64,000 bases of DNA, from positions 68,763,066 through 68,827,065 of the forward strand of contig NC_068990.1 in the NCBI RefSeq assembly GCF_001194135.2, in the 5' to 3' direction. The notes under the pieces are model-generated. The model did not search any database. It was not told the origin of the DNA and saw only the letters and a program-made list of their open reading frames with translations. Below are positions 41,260-55,177 of the stretch, piece by piece. The number at the start of each line of letters is the position of its first letter. Position 1 is the first letter of the stretch. A program made the translations under genes and the position numbers. Source of the DNA: Octopus bimaculoides (lineage: Eukaryota).

Positions 41260-41466
41260 TTTCGATTTTTGGCAAATGCCAGGAATTTCAGAGAAGGGAG
41301 TAAGTCAATTACATTGGCCCTAGTGTTTAAGTGGTACTTATTTTATCAGCCCCGAAAGGATGAAAGGTATAGTCAGCCCCGACGGCATTTGATCTCTGAA
41401 TGTAAAGACGGGAAAAATGCCGCTAAATATTTTGCCGGCACAGTAACGTTTCTGCCAGCTCGCCGT
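41260..41466 (-). mobile_element. SINE family A copy
   Basis: cccgaaaggatgaaaggtatagtcagccccgacggcatttga...ttctgccagctcgccg. Confidence 0.85.
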
Positions 41467-42070
41467 CTAAAAAACTTATTTTTAATATTAAAATACACAG
41501 AGTAATTATTTAAAATTATCAAGAGTTGTATTATAGGGATTATGCATGAGAATTGCTTGGTTTAAATGGAGGTTCATAGAAAGGAGAATTTGTTACTACC
41601 CTTGCGCCAATAGGAATAACTAAAAATAGCTAAAAGATTATCTTAATTAATAAATATGTCCACATTAACCTTTAGACCTAAACAATTTTTCGAGATATTT
41701 TTTATAATCAAACTGCTTCGCCGGTTTGCATGGATTTGCCCGACTGATCAAGTCCCCCATCATGATGCGACAACATTCGAAAGTGCAATATTCCGTGTCT
41801 GTTTTGGTGATCTACCGAAATGTTTTGTGGAATTTAAATGAGCGATGAGATGCCGAGATAAATATAACACAGAATTGCTTTTAAGACTCACTAATCTTAG
41901 TTCAGTTACTTATATGGATATTAGTTTAAACTTAAATACGAATAAATTCCGCCATTAAGGAAAAATCAGCAGGATCAGACTATAACAATAATATTCTAAT
42001 CGCCCGCCTAATATTCTAATATTTATTTTGAATCATATTTTCTAATGTTGATAAACATTATCTTGATATT

Positions 42071-42270
42071 CTTTTCTATTCTAGGCACAAGGTTCGACAT
42101 TTTGGGGGAGGGGACCAGTCGATTAGATCGACCCCAGTACGCAAATGGTACTTAATTTATCGACCACGAAAGGATGAAAGGCAAAGTCGACTTCGGCGGA
42201 ATTTGAACCCAGAATGTAAAGTAAGACGAAATACTGTTAAGCATTTCGCCCGGTGTGCTAGCATTTCTGA
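42071..42270 (-). mobile_element. SINE family A copy
   Basis: ctaggcacaagg...gattagatcgaccccagtacgc...gaaaggatgaaaggcaaagtcgacttcggcggaatttgaac. Confidence 0.92.
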
Positions 42271-43237
42271 CATATCTTGATATTATTTTCAAATAATAGT
42301 CTTTATGAACATGTCTTATTATTATATTGAATCACTCTGCAGAAGTAGTTTTAAAGGACTAAATACAACAGGAGAATTTTTGAATGCCTGCAAATACGCC
42401 TTGAAATATCTGGTGTCTAACTTCTCAACGCGTAACATAATTTCTTTGACATTTTTAAAAGTCACTCATATCAGAAACCAACATTTTATGACACTTTCCA
42501 TCACCTCACATGACCGAAGACTTCTGAGATATATTCTGTAAATTTTCAAGTCACCTCCCTTGCAAGCCCCACACAATTTTGACTCTTATTTTTATATGGT
42601 AAAAGTTACTTTACATATAATTACTTTCGTTTTTCTTTCATTTTTTCTAACCTTCTAATTTCTATAAAAACTAACAATATCATTTTTTCTAGTATTTATT
42701 TGTTAATACATGTTTCGTACTTATATGTGTGTGTAGGGAGTATATATGGAGATACATATAACATACCTTCTACATGCACATATTACAAAAAAATTTCCAC
42801 GTATATGAACATGTTTGTGCGTGTACGCACGTGTGTATGTGTGTGTGCACGTGTTTTTATGTGAGTGTATTTAATACTTTAGGAAAAATGCAATAAAATA
42901 TGAATCCATATATAAAAGCTAAAAATGACAAAATGTTTCAGATATCTATTTGACAATAAACTATCAATAATATTAGAACACCGAGATTATTGGAATGATT
43001 TTTGAACAGTCAATATCGTTTTGTAAATTGTTGCAATCTTCCATTCCGTTTTACCTCATTACTTGGATTCCCGCATTCCTTTCGTTAACGGATTTTCTTA
43101 TCTAGTGTTCTTTTTCGTCTTCGCTTTGGTTTTCGTTGTCACGCTGCGCCATTGATTGGCCGTGTTTGTATGATTGTCTACAGGTGCATGTATATACATA
43201 AGTGTGTTGCTACACACACACACGTGCACGCACACAA

Positions 43238-43279
<42 letters not shown>

Positions 43280-43470
43280 GCGTATGTATATGTGTATGTA
43301 TCGTATTTATTCGAGTATAAGTAGCTTCCTTAATTTGGTGTTAAATTTTCGCACAAAATAATTTTCTGTCATAGTTTTTAGCAGTGCTCTGTTCATTAGT
43401 TACCTCCCACCAGGTTTTTTTCAGTTAAAATCAAGTACAAAATAGTGCGACTAATGCACGAGTGAATATC

Positions 43471-43505
<35 letters not shown>

Positions 43506-43772
43506 TACGTACGTATGTATGTATGTATGTATGTATGTATGTATGCATGTATATGTATGTATGTATAGAATAGACATATAATGTTTATAAATAATCATGC
43601 CTATACACGCATGTCTACGAATATACACATACAACTTGTATGCATATATATGTTTGTATGTGCGTATTCCCTTTGTAATGGATCTCCGTTGTTTAACGAT
43701 GACGATTCGTTTGTTCGATCAACAGAGTTACCTGCTTCTGAATTAACGCGTAGGTGGCTGAATATTCCACAG

Positions 43773-43844
43773 ACATGTTACCTGAACGCTATTCTAAGAG
43801 ATTGCTTTCTTACTCGATGAATTCACCGAGGAAAAAACAAAGCG
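43773..43844 (+). CDS. Candidate host coding exon (unknown protein)
   Basis: ttccacag|acatg...caaagcg|gtgagt. 72 nt, open frame (D)MLPERYSKRLLSYSMNSPRKKQS, ending in phase 1. Lies in unique sequence. Confidence 0.45.
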
Positions 43845-44462
43845 GTGAGTAGAAGATTTACTTTTTTCAAAATACGAAGGGGTTTTCATACGTCATCACA
43901 AAATCTGTTGGATTAAAGCTTGGCCTACGTTTGACGCAAGAATTGCTCCATAACTTTGGAACAAGGTATATGAAAGAGCGTATCATTTCTTTAAAACTAA
44001 GACGAGACGAACATGAACGGTGCTTTCCACAGGTTACTGTTATAATACATGAGGGTGACTTAACAAAATGAGCACAACTACAGACATTGGTATAGATTTT
44101 CAATCTTGACTTGTCGTTACAGTTATGGTTGAGTACTGAAAGGTAGTAAGCGCCGAGTCGTTACACTGCAACATGTAACTAACGATTTATGACCTGCATA
44201 TGTATGGAAGTCATCATTACCACCAAATATCACAAGTCTAGTCCCAAATTAATCTCCATTGTATATCTACGCAATTGTTTATGAGTGTATGAATAGCGCA
44301 TTTTCATCCCAGTTGATAACAACTGCTGTTAGAGTTAGTGATGTTAATAAATTAAACTTTACTCTGTACAGCATTCAGAACAGCACAACCCACTTGAATC
44401 TGTGATCCAAATTCAAGTCACAGGCTCTTATGAGTTACTTCCCGTGTGTACAAGTGTGTTTA

Positions 44463-44494
<32 letters not shown>

Positions 44495-44723
44495 AGTAAT
44501 TGAGGGAGATAAACGTACCTCCGTTAGTTATTCGCTAAAACAAACATGACATCTTTGGAGAGTCATTATAGCCATTTACAACACACACAGATGTTTGTAA
44601 ATTCACTCCTGCTTAAATCTGTAATAGTATTAATACTATGACGTCAACGTTCTTTTACGAGTGAATAGCTTCTGTTTCAAGTCACGCACTGTGATCAAAT
44701 CAGTTGCCAAACTCGTACAATTC

Positions 44724-44771
<48 letters not shown>

Positions 44772-45444
44772 NNNNNNNNNNAAAAAAAAAAAACACACAC
44801 ACACATCTATGTATGAATATTGGTAGGTAGGTAGGTAGGTATAAGCACGCTAGCAACACGCTCGGTATTCTTTGGATCCTCAGACATGTCTAAAAGGAAA
44901 TTCTTCATGCAAAAATCTATCAAGAAACGAAATATTTTAAAATATTTTCTTTTATTTATTTCTTTTTTCTGGATTTTCCAATATCGTTTCTTGTTTTCTT
45001 CTAAATCGAGCCTGCCCTCTCCTTGTTCCTACGTAATGCATATTCACTGTTACCATAGTAACGGAAAATGGATAAAACAGACATTTCAGTTTTATACCTA
45101 CACGAGAATAAATAGTAAATTCATAAAACTAGAGGTTTACCTATTAGTGCTGGAGACCAAAGATTGAAAACTAAGGATGGAACAAGACAAAAAGTTTAAG
45201 TGAAATGCCAAGGAGATTTACAAACGTGTCAGAATTTAACAAACCAACGCGAATCAATATATCAGAACACTATATTATAATGATTAATGTGAACTGAAGA
45301 AAAAATATTTTTTTAAATGTTTCTAACTATAGCTGAAGTCGTTTCTCGGTGTTGAAAACATACAACACTGCTTTTTAATTATCTTGATATCAGAAATATA
45401 TTTTATTGCAATATGTATATAAACATGTGTGTGTGTGGGTGTGT

Positions 45445-45489
<45 letters not shown>

Positions 45490-46341
45490 NNNNNNNNNNN
45501 NNNNNNNNNNNNNNNNNNNNNNNNNNNNNNNNNNNNNNNNNNNNNNNNNNNNNNNNNNNNNNNNNNNNNNNNNNNNNNNNNNNNNNNNNNNNNNNNNNNN
45601 NNNNNNNNNNNNNNNNNNNNNNNNNNNNNNNNNNNNNNNNNNNNNNNNNNNNNNNNNNNNNNNNNNNNNNNNNNNNNNNNNNNNNNNNNNNNNNNNNNNN
45701 NNNNNNNNNNNNNNNNNNNNNNNNNNNNNNNNNNNNNNNNNNNNNNNNNNNNNNNNNNNNNNNNNNNNNNNNNNNTTTGTAAGTACAGATACGTGTTATA
45801 TAAATACATATATATATATGCATATACAAGTGCATGTACAATGAATATATGTTTGTAAGTACAGATACGTGTTATATAAATACATATATATATATGCGTA
45901 CACACAAATGTACCTACGCAGGCAAATATAGCTGTATATACACAGAAAAACAAACACACATTTATACACACACTCGCATATATACATGCACACACACATA
46001 CACATACAATCTATTTGATTCCATTACTATTCCACTTTGCAATTACAACTTGGATTGCTAATGTTACATCGAATGTGCTTCATTTTAAAATTTAGAATTG
46101 TACATTTGAAATTTAATTTCATGCATGAGAGATGAATGTATATATATCAGAGCTATACACATTAATAGTATCCTGATTATTTTCAAGATATCAATATCTT
46201 TGGCACCAGAGGGTGAGCTAATTTGGAGAAATACCATTGATACTTAAATCTTTATGATCGTGTGATCGTCAGTCAACATTTCCGAACAGACATACTAATG
46301 TACACACATACACACACACATTCATATATATGCATACATAC

Positions 46342-46457
<116 letters not shown>

Positions 46458-46495
46458 GAGAGAGAGAGTCTGTGTGTGAGAGAAAGAGAGAGAGA

Positions 46496-46563
<68 letters not shown>

Positions 46564-47129
46564 TGCACATACATGTCACTCGCAGATGCATATATTCACA
46601 TATACCAATATACATCTCCTCATCAAGAAATAATTTATGCATACATTTAATTCATTTTTCTCCGTTCACTAATTAATTCAGAAAGACACCATTTAGTTCA
46701 GTTGAAGACAAGTGATAAAATATGAAAAATATTTTAATGAAATAACTAAATCCAGCGAAGCCATTCTTCACAAGCTGCAATTAAGCAAGACATGAGCAAT
46801 AAACAATTTCAATTTAGTCTCGGTTGTGTGGCCACGTGAAGACGTACAACACTAGCAAAACAATTGTTATTTTGTATTTTGTATTTTTTTGTCAAATCAA
46901 TCATTATCGCCATCTTTACGCTAATCATTATTATCATTATAACATTTTCATTAATTTCACTTCCTCAACATTGCCAGCATCTTTACAATCACTGTTATCA
47001 TCAACATCACATCCTTCATCAATGCAATTATCATTATTACGATAAATACCATCAGAAAACTTATAAGCAGCTTACATATGCTATGACGTCATTCATGATA
47101 TCGCATGCATCAATAGGTTTTCTTTTAGA

Positions 47130-47400
47130 ATTTATCAGATTTTGGGGTTTGTGTCAACTGGGGGAAATTTGTTCAGATTATTTCTTAGAATGGGGCTGGT
47201 TTCGTTTCCTTAATAATCAGCTTTTGCTTTGTTCTTGTTATTGTATTTGTCTGTAAGGTCAAGTGACCGATTTGTAGGTGGTGTTCTGTCTAGAATTAGC
47301 CATGTAATATCTGTATTATCTCCTCCTTGTCTCCAGCTAATACATTTTCAAGATGTCTTTATTTCTAAAGACAGAACTGTAGACATTTGAAATACTTTAG
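47130..47400 (-). mobile_element. Probable Penelope-like element GIY-YIG C-terminal remnant
   Basis: The reverse complement gives YSSVFRNKD and DITWLILDRTPPT, resembling the SFRN...ITWxILxRAxPY end of PLE endonucleases. Heavily decayed. Confidence 0.4.
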
Positions 47401-48027
47401 CATTTCAACTGTTAGTCATCCTACACAAGCTCGACATACTGTTTAATATCACAACTGAATGGCTTGCATGGTTTTGAGGAAAATTTACAGAGCAGTTCGC
47501 ATCAGCTGAGAACCCGAAGACGATTTCTGTTCTGTATAGTTTTTATCTGCTTTCTGAAATTGTCAATGTTATCTTCGTTCGTGCTAACCGCTGTCAGAAC
47601 GCCGTCCCTCCTGTATAGCCCGCACTATTGTCATCAATCATACGCTCGATAATGGTTGGTAAGGAGACCTACTAATTGTCTATATCTTAAGCCGGTTGTA
47701 AATGTTCATGGTAACATTAAAATCTCCAGCACAAGCTAACCGTATACAACATGCATCCATGCTTAAACGGGGAGAGAACCTGGCATTTATGATGAGAAAG
47801 TCATTCCGCATGAATTTTGTAGATATCTTTTGTGAAGTGAATTAGGTTTAAAGGTTGTTTATTAGTTACTGAAGGCCCACCTGTATCAAATTGGATTGAT
47901 CAGCGATTATGATTGTTTTCAATATAAAAGAAATATTTGATAACAGCTCTAACATTATAACATTTATTCAATCTTGTTCATAAATTCTTCAAGGATGAGT
48001 ACAAATGCCTGTGTATGATCTTTACAG

Positions 48028-48100
48028 ATGTTTTCAAACTAGCGGTGAAGTTGAGGCAGCTGATGTTGTGCCTCAACGTCTGGAGAACAATATCCACGAG
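48028..48100 (+). CDS. Candidate host coding exon (unknown protein)
   Basis: atctttacag|atgttt...ccacgag|gtaaaa. 73 nt. A phase-1 entry gives (D)VFKLAVKLRQLMLCLNVWRTIST(R/S), compatible with the 43773 exon. Confidence 0.45.
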
Positions 48101-48592
48101 GTAAAACATACGGAGGAAAACATACTCCACGCTTCTAGAAAAAATGACACCGTAAACTAGGTTATAATATAAAACACAGTAGCTTGTTAGATATCAGCCA
48201 TTTCTATGAAATCCCTGAATTGTTTATTTGCAATATTTTCATATATTTTTCTGTGAAGTTAAAGGAAGACTAGCGTGCAACATGCAATACAACAAGACCC
48301 AGGTCATCTGGTCACCTTAAAAAAGTCAAGCCATTGTAAACCGACTACTTTTCAGCACACTGATAGCTAAGTATAGTTGTTCTGCTACCATTTTAAGTAT
48401 GTTTTTCTATGATATCAATTATCACATGTACGTATTATTAGAGGCTATACAGTAATGTAAGGGTCTACTGTGAATGTTTGTGTTTTTTCCCACGATCATA
48501 CATAAGCAACCGCAGTAGTCAATAATCCGTCCGTCGGTCATCTTCAACCACCATTTCCTAGCAGACGTGAGACTAAACAACAAAATCTTTAC

Positions 48593-48630
48593 CTCTAAAG
48601 ATGGTCATGTGCACGACCGAAATTTCAGTT
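48593..48630 (+). ncRNA. Minimal type-I hammerhead-ribozyme-like motif, probably decayed
   Basis: CTAAAGA-T-GGTC-atgtgcac-GACC-GAAA-TTTC: core CUGANGA with G5>A, a 4-bp stem II, GAAA, a palindromic short stem III and a UUC site. Stem I is weak. Confidence 0.4.
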
Positions 48631-49847
48631 TACAAATGTCATTCTCATCTTCTTCCACTGCCATAAGAAATATATTCCACACTCTTCCTACTCTGACAGA
48701 TTGTGGGGTTGCAAATCATAAACACTTCGACATTACATTGGTTTTTAAAATATATACAGCCAGTTATTTATGTAACAAAACGTGTGACGAGTTGATTTGA
48801 TATCCCACATGAATATATCTGTATGTGGCATCCTCTACACGCTGGCAGTATACTTAAATACAGTATTATATAGCATTTATGTATATACAAAACATGGAAC
48901 TGTACTGGTTGTATAATCTTGTCTCAGAGAAAATGTGTATGGAAATACATATACACATATTCTATGATAGTAATCATCATCCTTCTGTGTGTCAAAGCAT
49001 TCACCTGAGTGTGTGTGGGGGCGGCTGTGTGTGCCTGTGTGTATTTTGTAAATTCAGAAATAGATTGATTGATGTAAACACAGCATGGAACACCTTCCTC
49101 TTGAGACACCAGTTTTTTTTTTGTTTTTTTTTACCAAAACATGACTACTCAGAAATTAATGTTTTTTTGTTTTTTTCTTAAAGTCTTAAAACTTTGTTCC
49201 AACTCAGCTTTACTATTTGCTGCTTTAAGCTTAATGCAATGCCGGTTCTGATTATGTATGTCTCGAACGAACTATTCAAATCTGAAATAGGAGTAGAATA
49301 ACTACTATGTTCTTTCTTACGTAAAATTTGTGAGATCACGTCATGGAAACGCATTGAATATAAGTATATTCTAAACAAGCATGCTGCATTCAGGGATTAA
49401 CATATGCCTTGTTAATGCGCAAGCTCATTGATAATCGTTGTCTGAACGCTCTGTTTACTCTAACCAAAGAAACTTAAGTGAAATAAGGAAATAATGTGAA
49501 ATCCACTTTCTGTTACTGTGTAACTGTCCAAACTATGGATCACCTGCTGGTTTTGCCAATTACTGAACTCTTCCACGTTGCAGGAATGGTTTGAGTAAAT
49601 AATACAAAGAATATGTAAGATGGCTTACAAATATAAAGAAATATGATATAGACACGAAACAATAATAATTGGTTATCTGTATGATTCACTTCTCAAAACC
49701 AGAAGAGAGATAAACTTCAAATTGGTGTGTTCACATTTAAGTTAACTTAAACATGCAATTCAGATCGTGTTTACTCAAACCTAAAAACAAATATATTATC
49801 ACATTAATATGGAATATATCCACACGTGCTTGCAAACTAATCTCTCC

Positions 49848-49980
49848 CCACCTCTCACTCTTTCTTTCTCTCCCCCTCTCTCACTCTTTCTTTCTCTCCC
49901 CCTCTCTCACTCTTTCTTTCTCTCCCCGCCTCTCTCTCTCTCCCTCTCTCTCTCCCTCTCTCTCTCTCCCTCTCTCTCTC
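49848..49980. repeat. About 26-bp CT-rich tandem repeat (ctctctcactctttctttctctcccc x3) decaying into (CT)n
   Basis: Directly visible. Confidence 0.9.
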
Positions 49981-50689
49981 GATTTATTCCTTAGATATTT
50001 GTCATAATAGGGAACATGGGTCTTCTTGAAAGGTGTTTACAACCAATTCTACAATGTATGTGTGTGTGTGTACATACAGATATATAAATGTATGTATGTA
50101 GGTATGTATGTAGGTATGTATGTATGTATGTATACAATGTTCTGGCTTATTCACTACTATGTATATCATAATTTATCATCATCCAAGGTAGCTAGATTGT
50201 AGAGAGAGGAGTTGCCAGAATTCATTAAAGATTTTGCCACTTGCATCACACAAAGTAAATATGGTTATTTAGTGAATTTGCCTATAAGTATGATTTTTTT
50301 ACATATATGCATCCGTTTCATTACCTTCAAAAGGCGATATAGAACTTGATTAACATCCCCAATCTATTGCTTGCTACAAGAATTTGTCTCATTATTTTGA
50401 AACACTATACGGCGTGTTCTATTCGCAAAAAAGAAAATAATAAAAGTGACAAGAGAATCTCTTCCCTTCTCTTCCCCCCTCTCTCTCTCTCTTTCTCCGA
50501 CCATTCCATCTACTTGTCTACAATTTGGATATCTAACATCTTATATCGAATGCTAACATGTTATTACCTCTTTCATTCTCTCTCAATCTACCTATATATT
50601 TGTTGTTTATGTTGTTGTTTATAGTTTCAGTTCAGAGCTGCGGCCATGCTGATGCACCGCTGTGAAAACAGTGTGTACGGGACGGCGCC

Positions 50690-51600
50690 AGTGGTTTCAG
50701 GTTTAGGAAGAGTCTAGCAGTAAGATTCAGAAGGTGTTTAAACCCTCTTAGGGATAGATGTATCTAAAGGTACTCCTGGTAATTACCGCAGTAAGTATGG
50801 TCTTTGCTATAAGGTATACGGTAGCAGGTAATTTAAAAGGTAAACCATAGTTTAATGTATATATAGACAATAAGAAAATGGAGGAAAAACAACAATGAGA
50901 AGTGTGTCTTTGGTGCTAAAAAGCCATTATTTAATTAGTTAAGTAAGGTGAGAGTAAGAGTGAGTTTACAGCTGTTCCTGTGTACGGTGTTAAGGTAAAT
51001 ATGTATTCACCTCATTGCAAATGGTAGATGTCATCAGAACGAAGAAGGTAGAGATAGACAAAGAGAAGAATAGAGTGAAAGATAGAGGGAGAAACCGGAA
51101 AAGAAAATGTTCAATGATTCGAAAGTCTTACATTTTAGTTAGGTTCAACGTTCATTAAATCCATTGTGATGTAGATGAAGAATAGAGGTTGGTTGAATCT
51201 AAGGAGGCGTAGTTAGTAATTAAGATGACTTCCACGTGTCTGCCTGTTCGGATAGTTGACCGTCGGCGTACTCTGAGCGAGTTATCCCTAATTAGGGATA
51301 TCCGGTGTGGTTAATAGGACCTATGTGACACTAACTTATAGGTTGTATGTAGTTCTTATCACTATTTCGTTTAATTTTAATATTATTATTTTTGGTGTAG
51401 AAGCTGTCCTCAGTATTCGTGTAGAGTGTAAAGCTGCTGTTATGATTATTATATTTCTTTCTATAGTTACTTTTATTTTTATTATTGTTCGTGTCAGTCT
51501 TACTGGGGTTATTTCTGTACGGTTTTCTTAAGTTATATGGCTTGGTGTTATCATTCTTAACTGGGGTTATATTGGTTCTTTATTAATATTAAGATTATTG
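50690..51600 (-). mobile_element. Probable Penelope-like element 3' end / pseudo-LTR
   Basis: The - strand has an Asn-rich open tail (DNTKPYNLRKPYRNNPSKTDTNNNKNKSNYRKK...), then non-coding sequence with a very degenerate hammerhead-like remnant (gtacacaggaacagctgta at about 50966-50985). Family assignment is from recall only. Confidence 0.35.
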
Positions 51601-51957
51601 TTATTATTATTATTATTATTTTTTTTTTTTTTTTTTTTTTTNNNNNNNNNNNNNNNNNNNNNNNNNNNNNNNNNNNNNNNNNNNNNNNNNNNNNNNNNNN
51701 NNNNNNNNNNNNNNNNNNNNNNNNNNNNNNNNNNNNNNNNNNNNNNNNNNNNNNNNNNNNNNNNNNNNNNNNNNNNNNNNNNNNNNNNNNNNNNNNNNNN
51801 NNNNNNNNNNNNNNNNNNNNNNNNNNNNNNNNNNNNNNNNNNNNNNNNNNNNNNNNNNNNNNNNNNNNNNNNNNNNNNNNNNNNNNNNNNNNNNNNNNNN
51901 NNNNNNNNNNNNNNNNNNNNNNNNNNNNNNNNNNNNNNNNNNNNNNNNNNNNNNNNN

Positions 51958-52062
<105 letters not shown>

Positions 52063-52682
52063 GTCTTCGTATTCTTAATTTTCAGTGAAACAAAACTGAT
52101 GACAGACCTAGATAAACCTAGATAAACCAAAAGATTTGATGAAGAACCATTGAAAGTTGAAGTAGGCATATCACGCAATATTGGTCCCTCATCCTTGAGA
52201 ACGTCAAACAAAGTTACATTTATCAGAACGTTTTTGTAAAGTTGTTTGCCTGTGGATTTCATCTTGGTCTTATTCTATAGACATAAAGGCATTGTCAGAT
52301 TGCTCTAGTGTCACTCTATCACTTCTGATAGAAAATGCGACAAAAATAACTTCCTCGGTTCACAGTTCTTGATATAAGTTTCAACAGCAAACAGTCTGCA
52401 CCGGTTCAAACCATGATGATAGCTAAAAAGAACGATAAAGCATTAACTAAATGAAGACACCATTGACCCTTGTCTAACTTTAATTGTTGCATCAATAGCC
52501 GTAAAAGGTAAAAGTTTTCTCTCGCATTCTTTATATCCTCAAAATTCGTTCACACCTCTTACTCAACAATTTCGCCCAGAACAAATGAGACCACTTGTCA
52601 GTTACAAATGTTGTTCATTTTTGTATGTCTCCTTGCCTAGATACCTCGAAAACATCCTTCAACTGGTACAATTCAGCCTGAG

Positions 52683-53130
52683 CATCCATTTTATCTGTCC
52701 GCAATCCTTGGGAGTGCCGTGGGGTGGAGGGAGAGTTCTCAGGGTTCGATCAGAATCAACTGCCATTACGCTGTCCCGATATATTTATTCCCAAGCGTGA
52801 CAAACTAAGAATGTGGATATTATCCAACCATATCATTCTTAGTCTGTCCCTAAGTCGCCTGCTTGTTGGCTAGGCTTGAAGAATCCATCTAGCGATTCTT
52901 TCCTGTTACTACTTTTCCGTAGTACCGGGGCTATGACCTCTCAATGCGGAGAAGTAGTGACTCCTCATGGAGATGTGCCCCGTCTCGAGTAACGTTACTC
53001 CAGAGATCCTTTGAAGGAACCGCATTTTGGCTCCTTGTATTTGTGATCGTAGTCTTTCGTTCATTATCCGAGATTCCCTACTTCTTTAATAGAATAAATG
53101 TCCAATCACTGCACATATCGACCTGACGAC
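52683..53130 (-). mobile_element. RTE-clade (Rex3/Expander-like) LINE 3' fragment
   Basis: The reverse complement reads ESRIMNERLRSQIQGAKMRFLQRISGVTLL, ESLLLRIERS*PRYYG and RIARWILQA*PTSRRLRDRLRMIWLDNI, ending aaaatggatg (GATG-type tail). Confidence 0.8.
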
Positions 53131-53201
53131 AGCTTTGTATCTTCTTCCATACATGAACAAAAGTAAGAGCTTGTTAAATACTAAGCTTCGTATTATCTAA
53201 C

Positions 53202-53540
53202 GATCTGTCGTGTCGACACCCACCTCGTACATACACACACGCATATATATAATTCTATATCTATTTATAATATACAAACGCATACCAATGCATATATATA
53301 TATACATATATACAGACATTCGCATCTATAACTATAGAAATAAATTCACCTGTGTGCGCATGCCTGCCAACAATAAACATTAATTTACACATACACACAT
53401 TCCATACACTTTGCGTATAATGATCTGTCGTGTCGACGTCTCGTATATATAATTCTATATCTATTGATATTCAAAAGCATACCAAAATGTATATATGGAG
53501 ACTTTCGCACATATAACTATAGAAATACACTAACCTCTGT
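53202..53540. repeat. Degenerate direct duplication, period 220 bp
   Basis: gatctgtcgtgtcgac at 53202 and 53422, each followed by tataattctatatctatt, gcatacca and tataactatagaaata. Confidence 0.85.
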
Positions 53541-53584
53541 ACTCAAACCTGCAAACGTTGTGTATTCATGTACCCACACATAAC

Positions 53585-53684
<100 letters not shown>

Positions 53685-54105
53685 CACATACACATACCAT
53701 ACACACAAATAGTAGAAATATCATTAAACTAATTAACAACCTATACAATATAGCCAATAATACACGATAGATCTATTTACTAAAATGAATGCCTTGTTTA
53801 ATCAGTAAACTACTTTGATAGCAAAACATAAAATAGATTTAGTCTAGAACAAAACGAAATTATCTAGAAATTGCGAAAGATTAAGATTAGAACACTTATG
53901 TATATATGCAGATGTACATATGAATATGTATGCAAACGCATTCGAATATTTGTATACATATATATAAGCACACATATGTATACTAATATATATGTGTACA
54001 TATATATATGCATATATATATACATTTATATATATGTGTATATGTGTGTATGCAAATGTATATGTACATATATACATATGTGCATAGATATATGTACATA
54101 TGTAT

Positions 54106-54174
<69 letters not shown>

Positions 54175-54944
54175 AATTTATGCAGACTCTAATAAGCTGT
54201 AACTGACCAGCTTTCTCTGTAATTAATTAATTTTCAAACACCCCAAGATTAGCTGAATCCTCCTGAACTTGTAAATTAATTGAAGAGGGACATCACATGG
54301 AAATAATTGTCTCAGGTGAACGCAAATAAGATAATCATCAAATAATTAGCCAGCTTTTAATTAACTTGCATGTCCCAGATGAAGAATACAGAGACTATTA
54401 CGATATTAACTCAGAGCGTGTATATTCGTGTCCTATGCACGGGTTGACGTTCTTTAATTCGACAGAACGGGAAATTCTTAGTGAATATTCATCATTATTC
54501 CATCGATATTCCATGTAATGAATATTGATGGAATTTCAAGTTGCCTGGCAAAAATGCATTGTTCATTGTGTCGCAGAAATCTGAAATCTTACTTAACCTT
54601 TTAGAAAGGGCAACTTCCCTCTCTACGTCAGCCAAGTTATTATGTCAGTGGCAGAGCATTAAAATAAATGATTTTTTTTTAAGAACGAGTGTTCTATATG
54701 ATTATGAATTATCTTAACCCTTTTATCCAAAATGCCAATTGTATTGCCCACATAAAATGCTTAATCCAAAGTGACTACAAGAAGAATATTTTGCTGACTT
54801 CAGCAACTTTTAGAATCCTTTTACAGACGCGTGGTGATGAGGTGTGTGCTTATAACATAGAGAAAGCATTTGAAAAATAGCAATACATTAAATTTGTAGT
54901 TTTTAATGTTTAAGAATATTCATATCTTTGTCTCCTTCTTTTTT

Positions 54945-55177
54945 AATATTGGTTTCAAATTTTGCCTCAAAGTCAGCAATTTCGGAGAAGGGAGTAAGTC
55001 GATCACATCGACCCCAATGTTCAATTGGTACGTATTTTATCGACCCCGAAAGGATGAAAGGCAAAGGATGAAAGGCAAAGTCGACACCGGTGGAATTTGA
55101 ACTCAGAACGTAAAGACGGACGAAAAGCCGCTAAGCATTTTGCCCGGCATGCTAACGATTCTGCCAGCTCACTGCCT
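54945..55177 (-). mobile_element. SINE family A copy with an internal 14-bp tandem duplication
   Basis: aggatgaaaggcaa occurs twice (55051-55078). Otherwise canonical. Confidence 0.92.

Noticed and set aside
45776-45897. 46-bp exact repeat with 76-bp period
   Set aside because: It begins exactly at a gap edge in low-complexity DNA, so misassembly cannot be separated from a true minisatellite.
52086-52237. Candidate third exon after aattttcag
   Set aside because: The compatible frame stops after 13 codons (SETKLMTDLDKPR*) within a 10-bp duplication, and there is no good donor.
54577-54643. Candidate exon after gtgtcgcag
   Set aside because: The phase needed to continue the 48028 exon hits TAG at 54602-54604.
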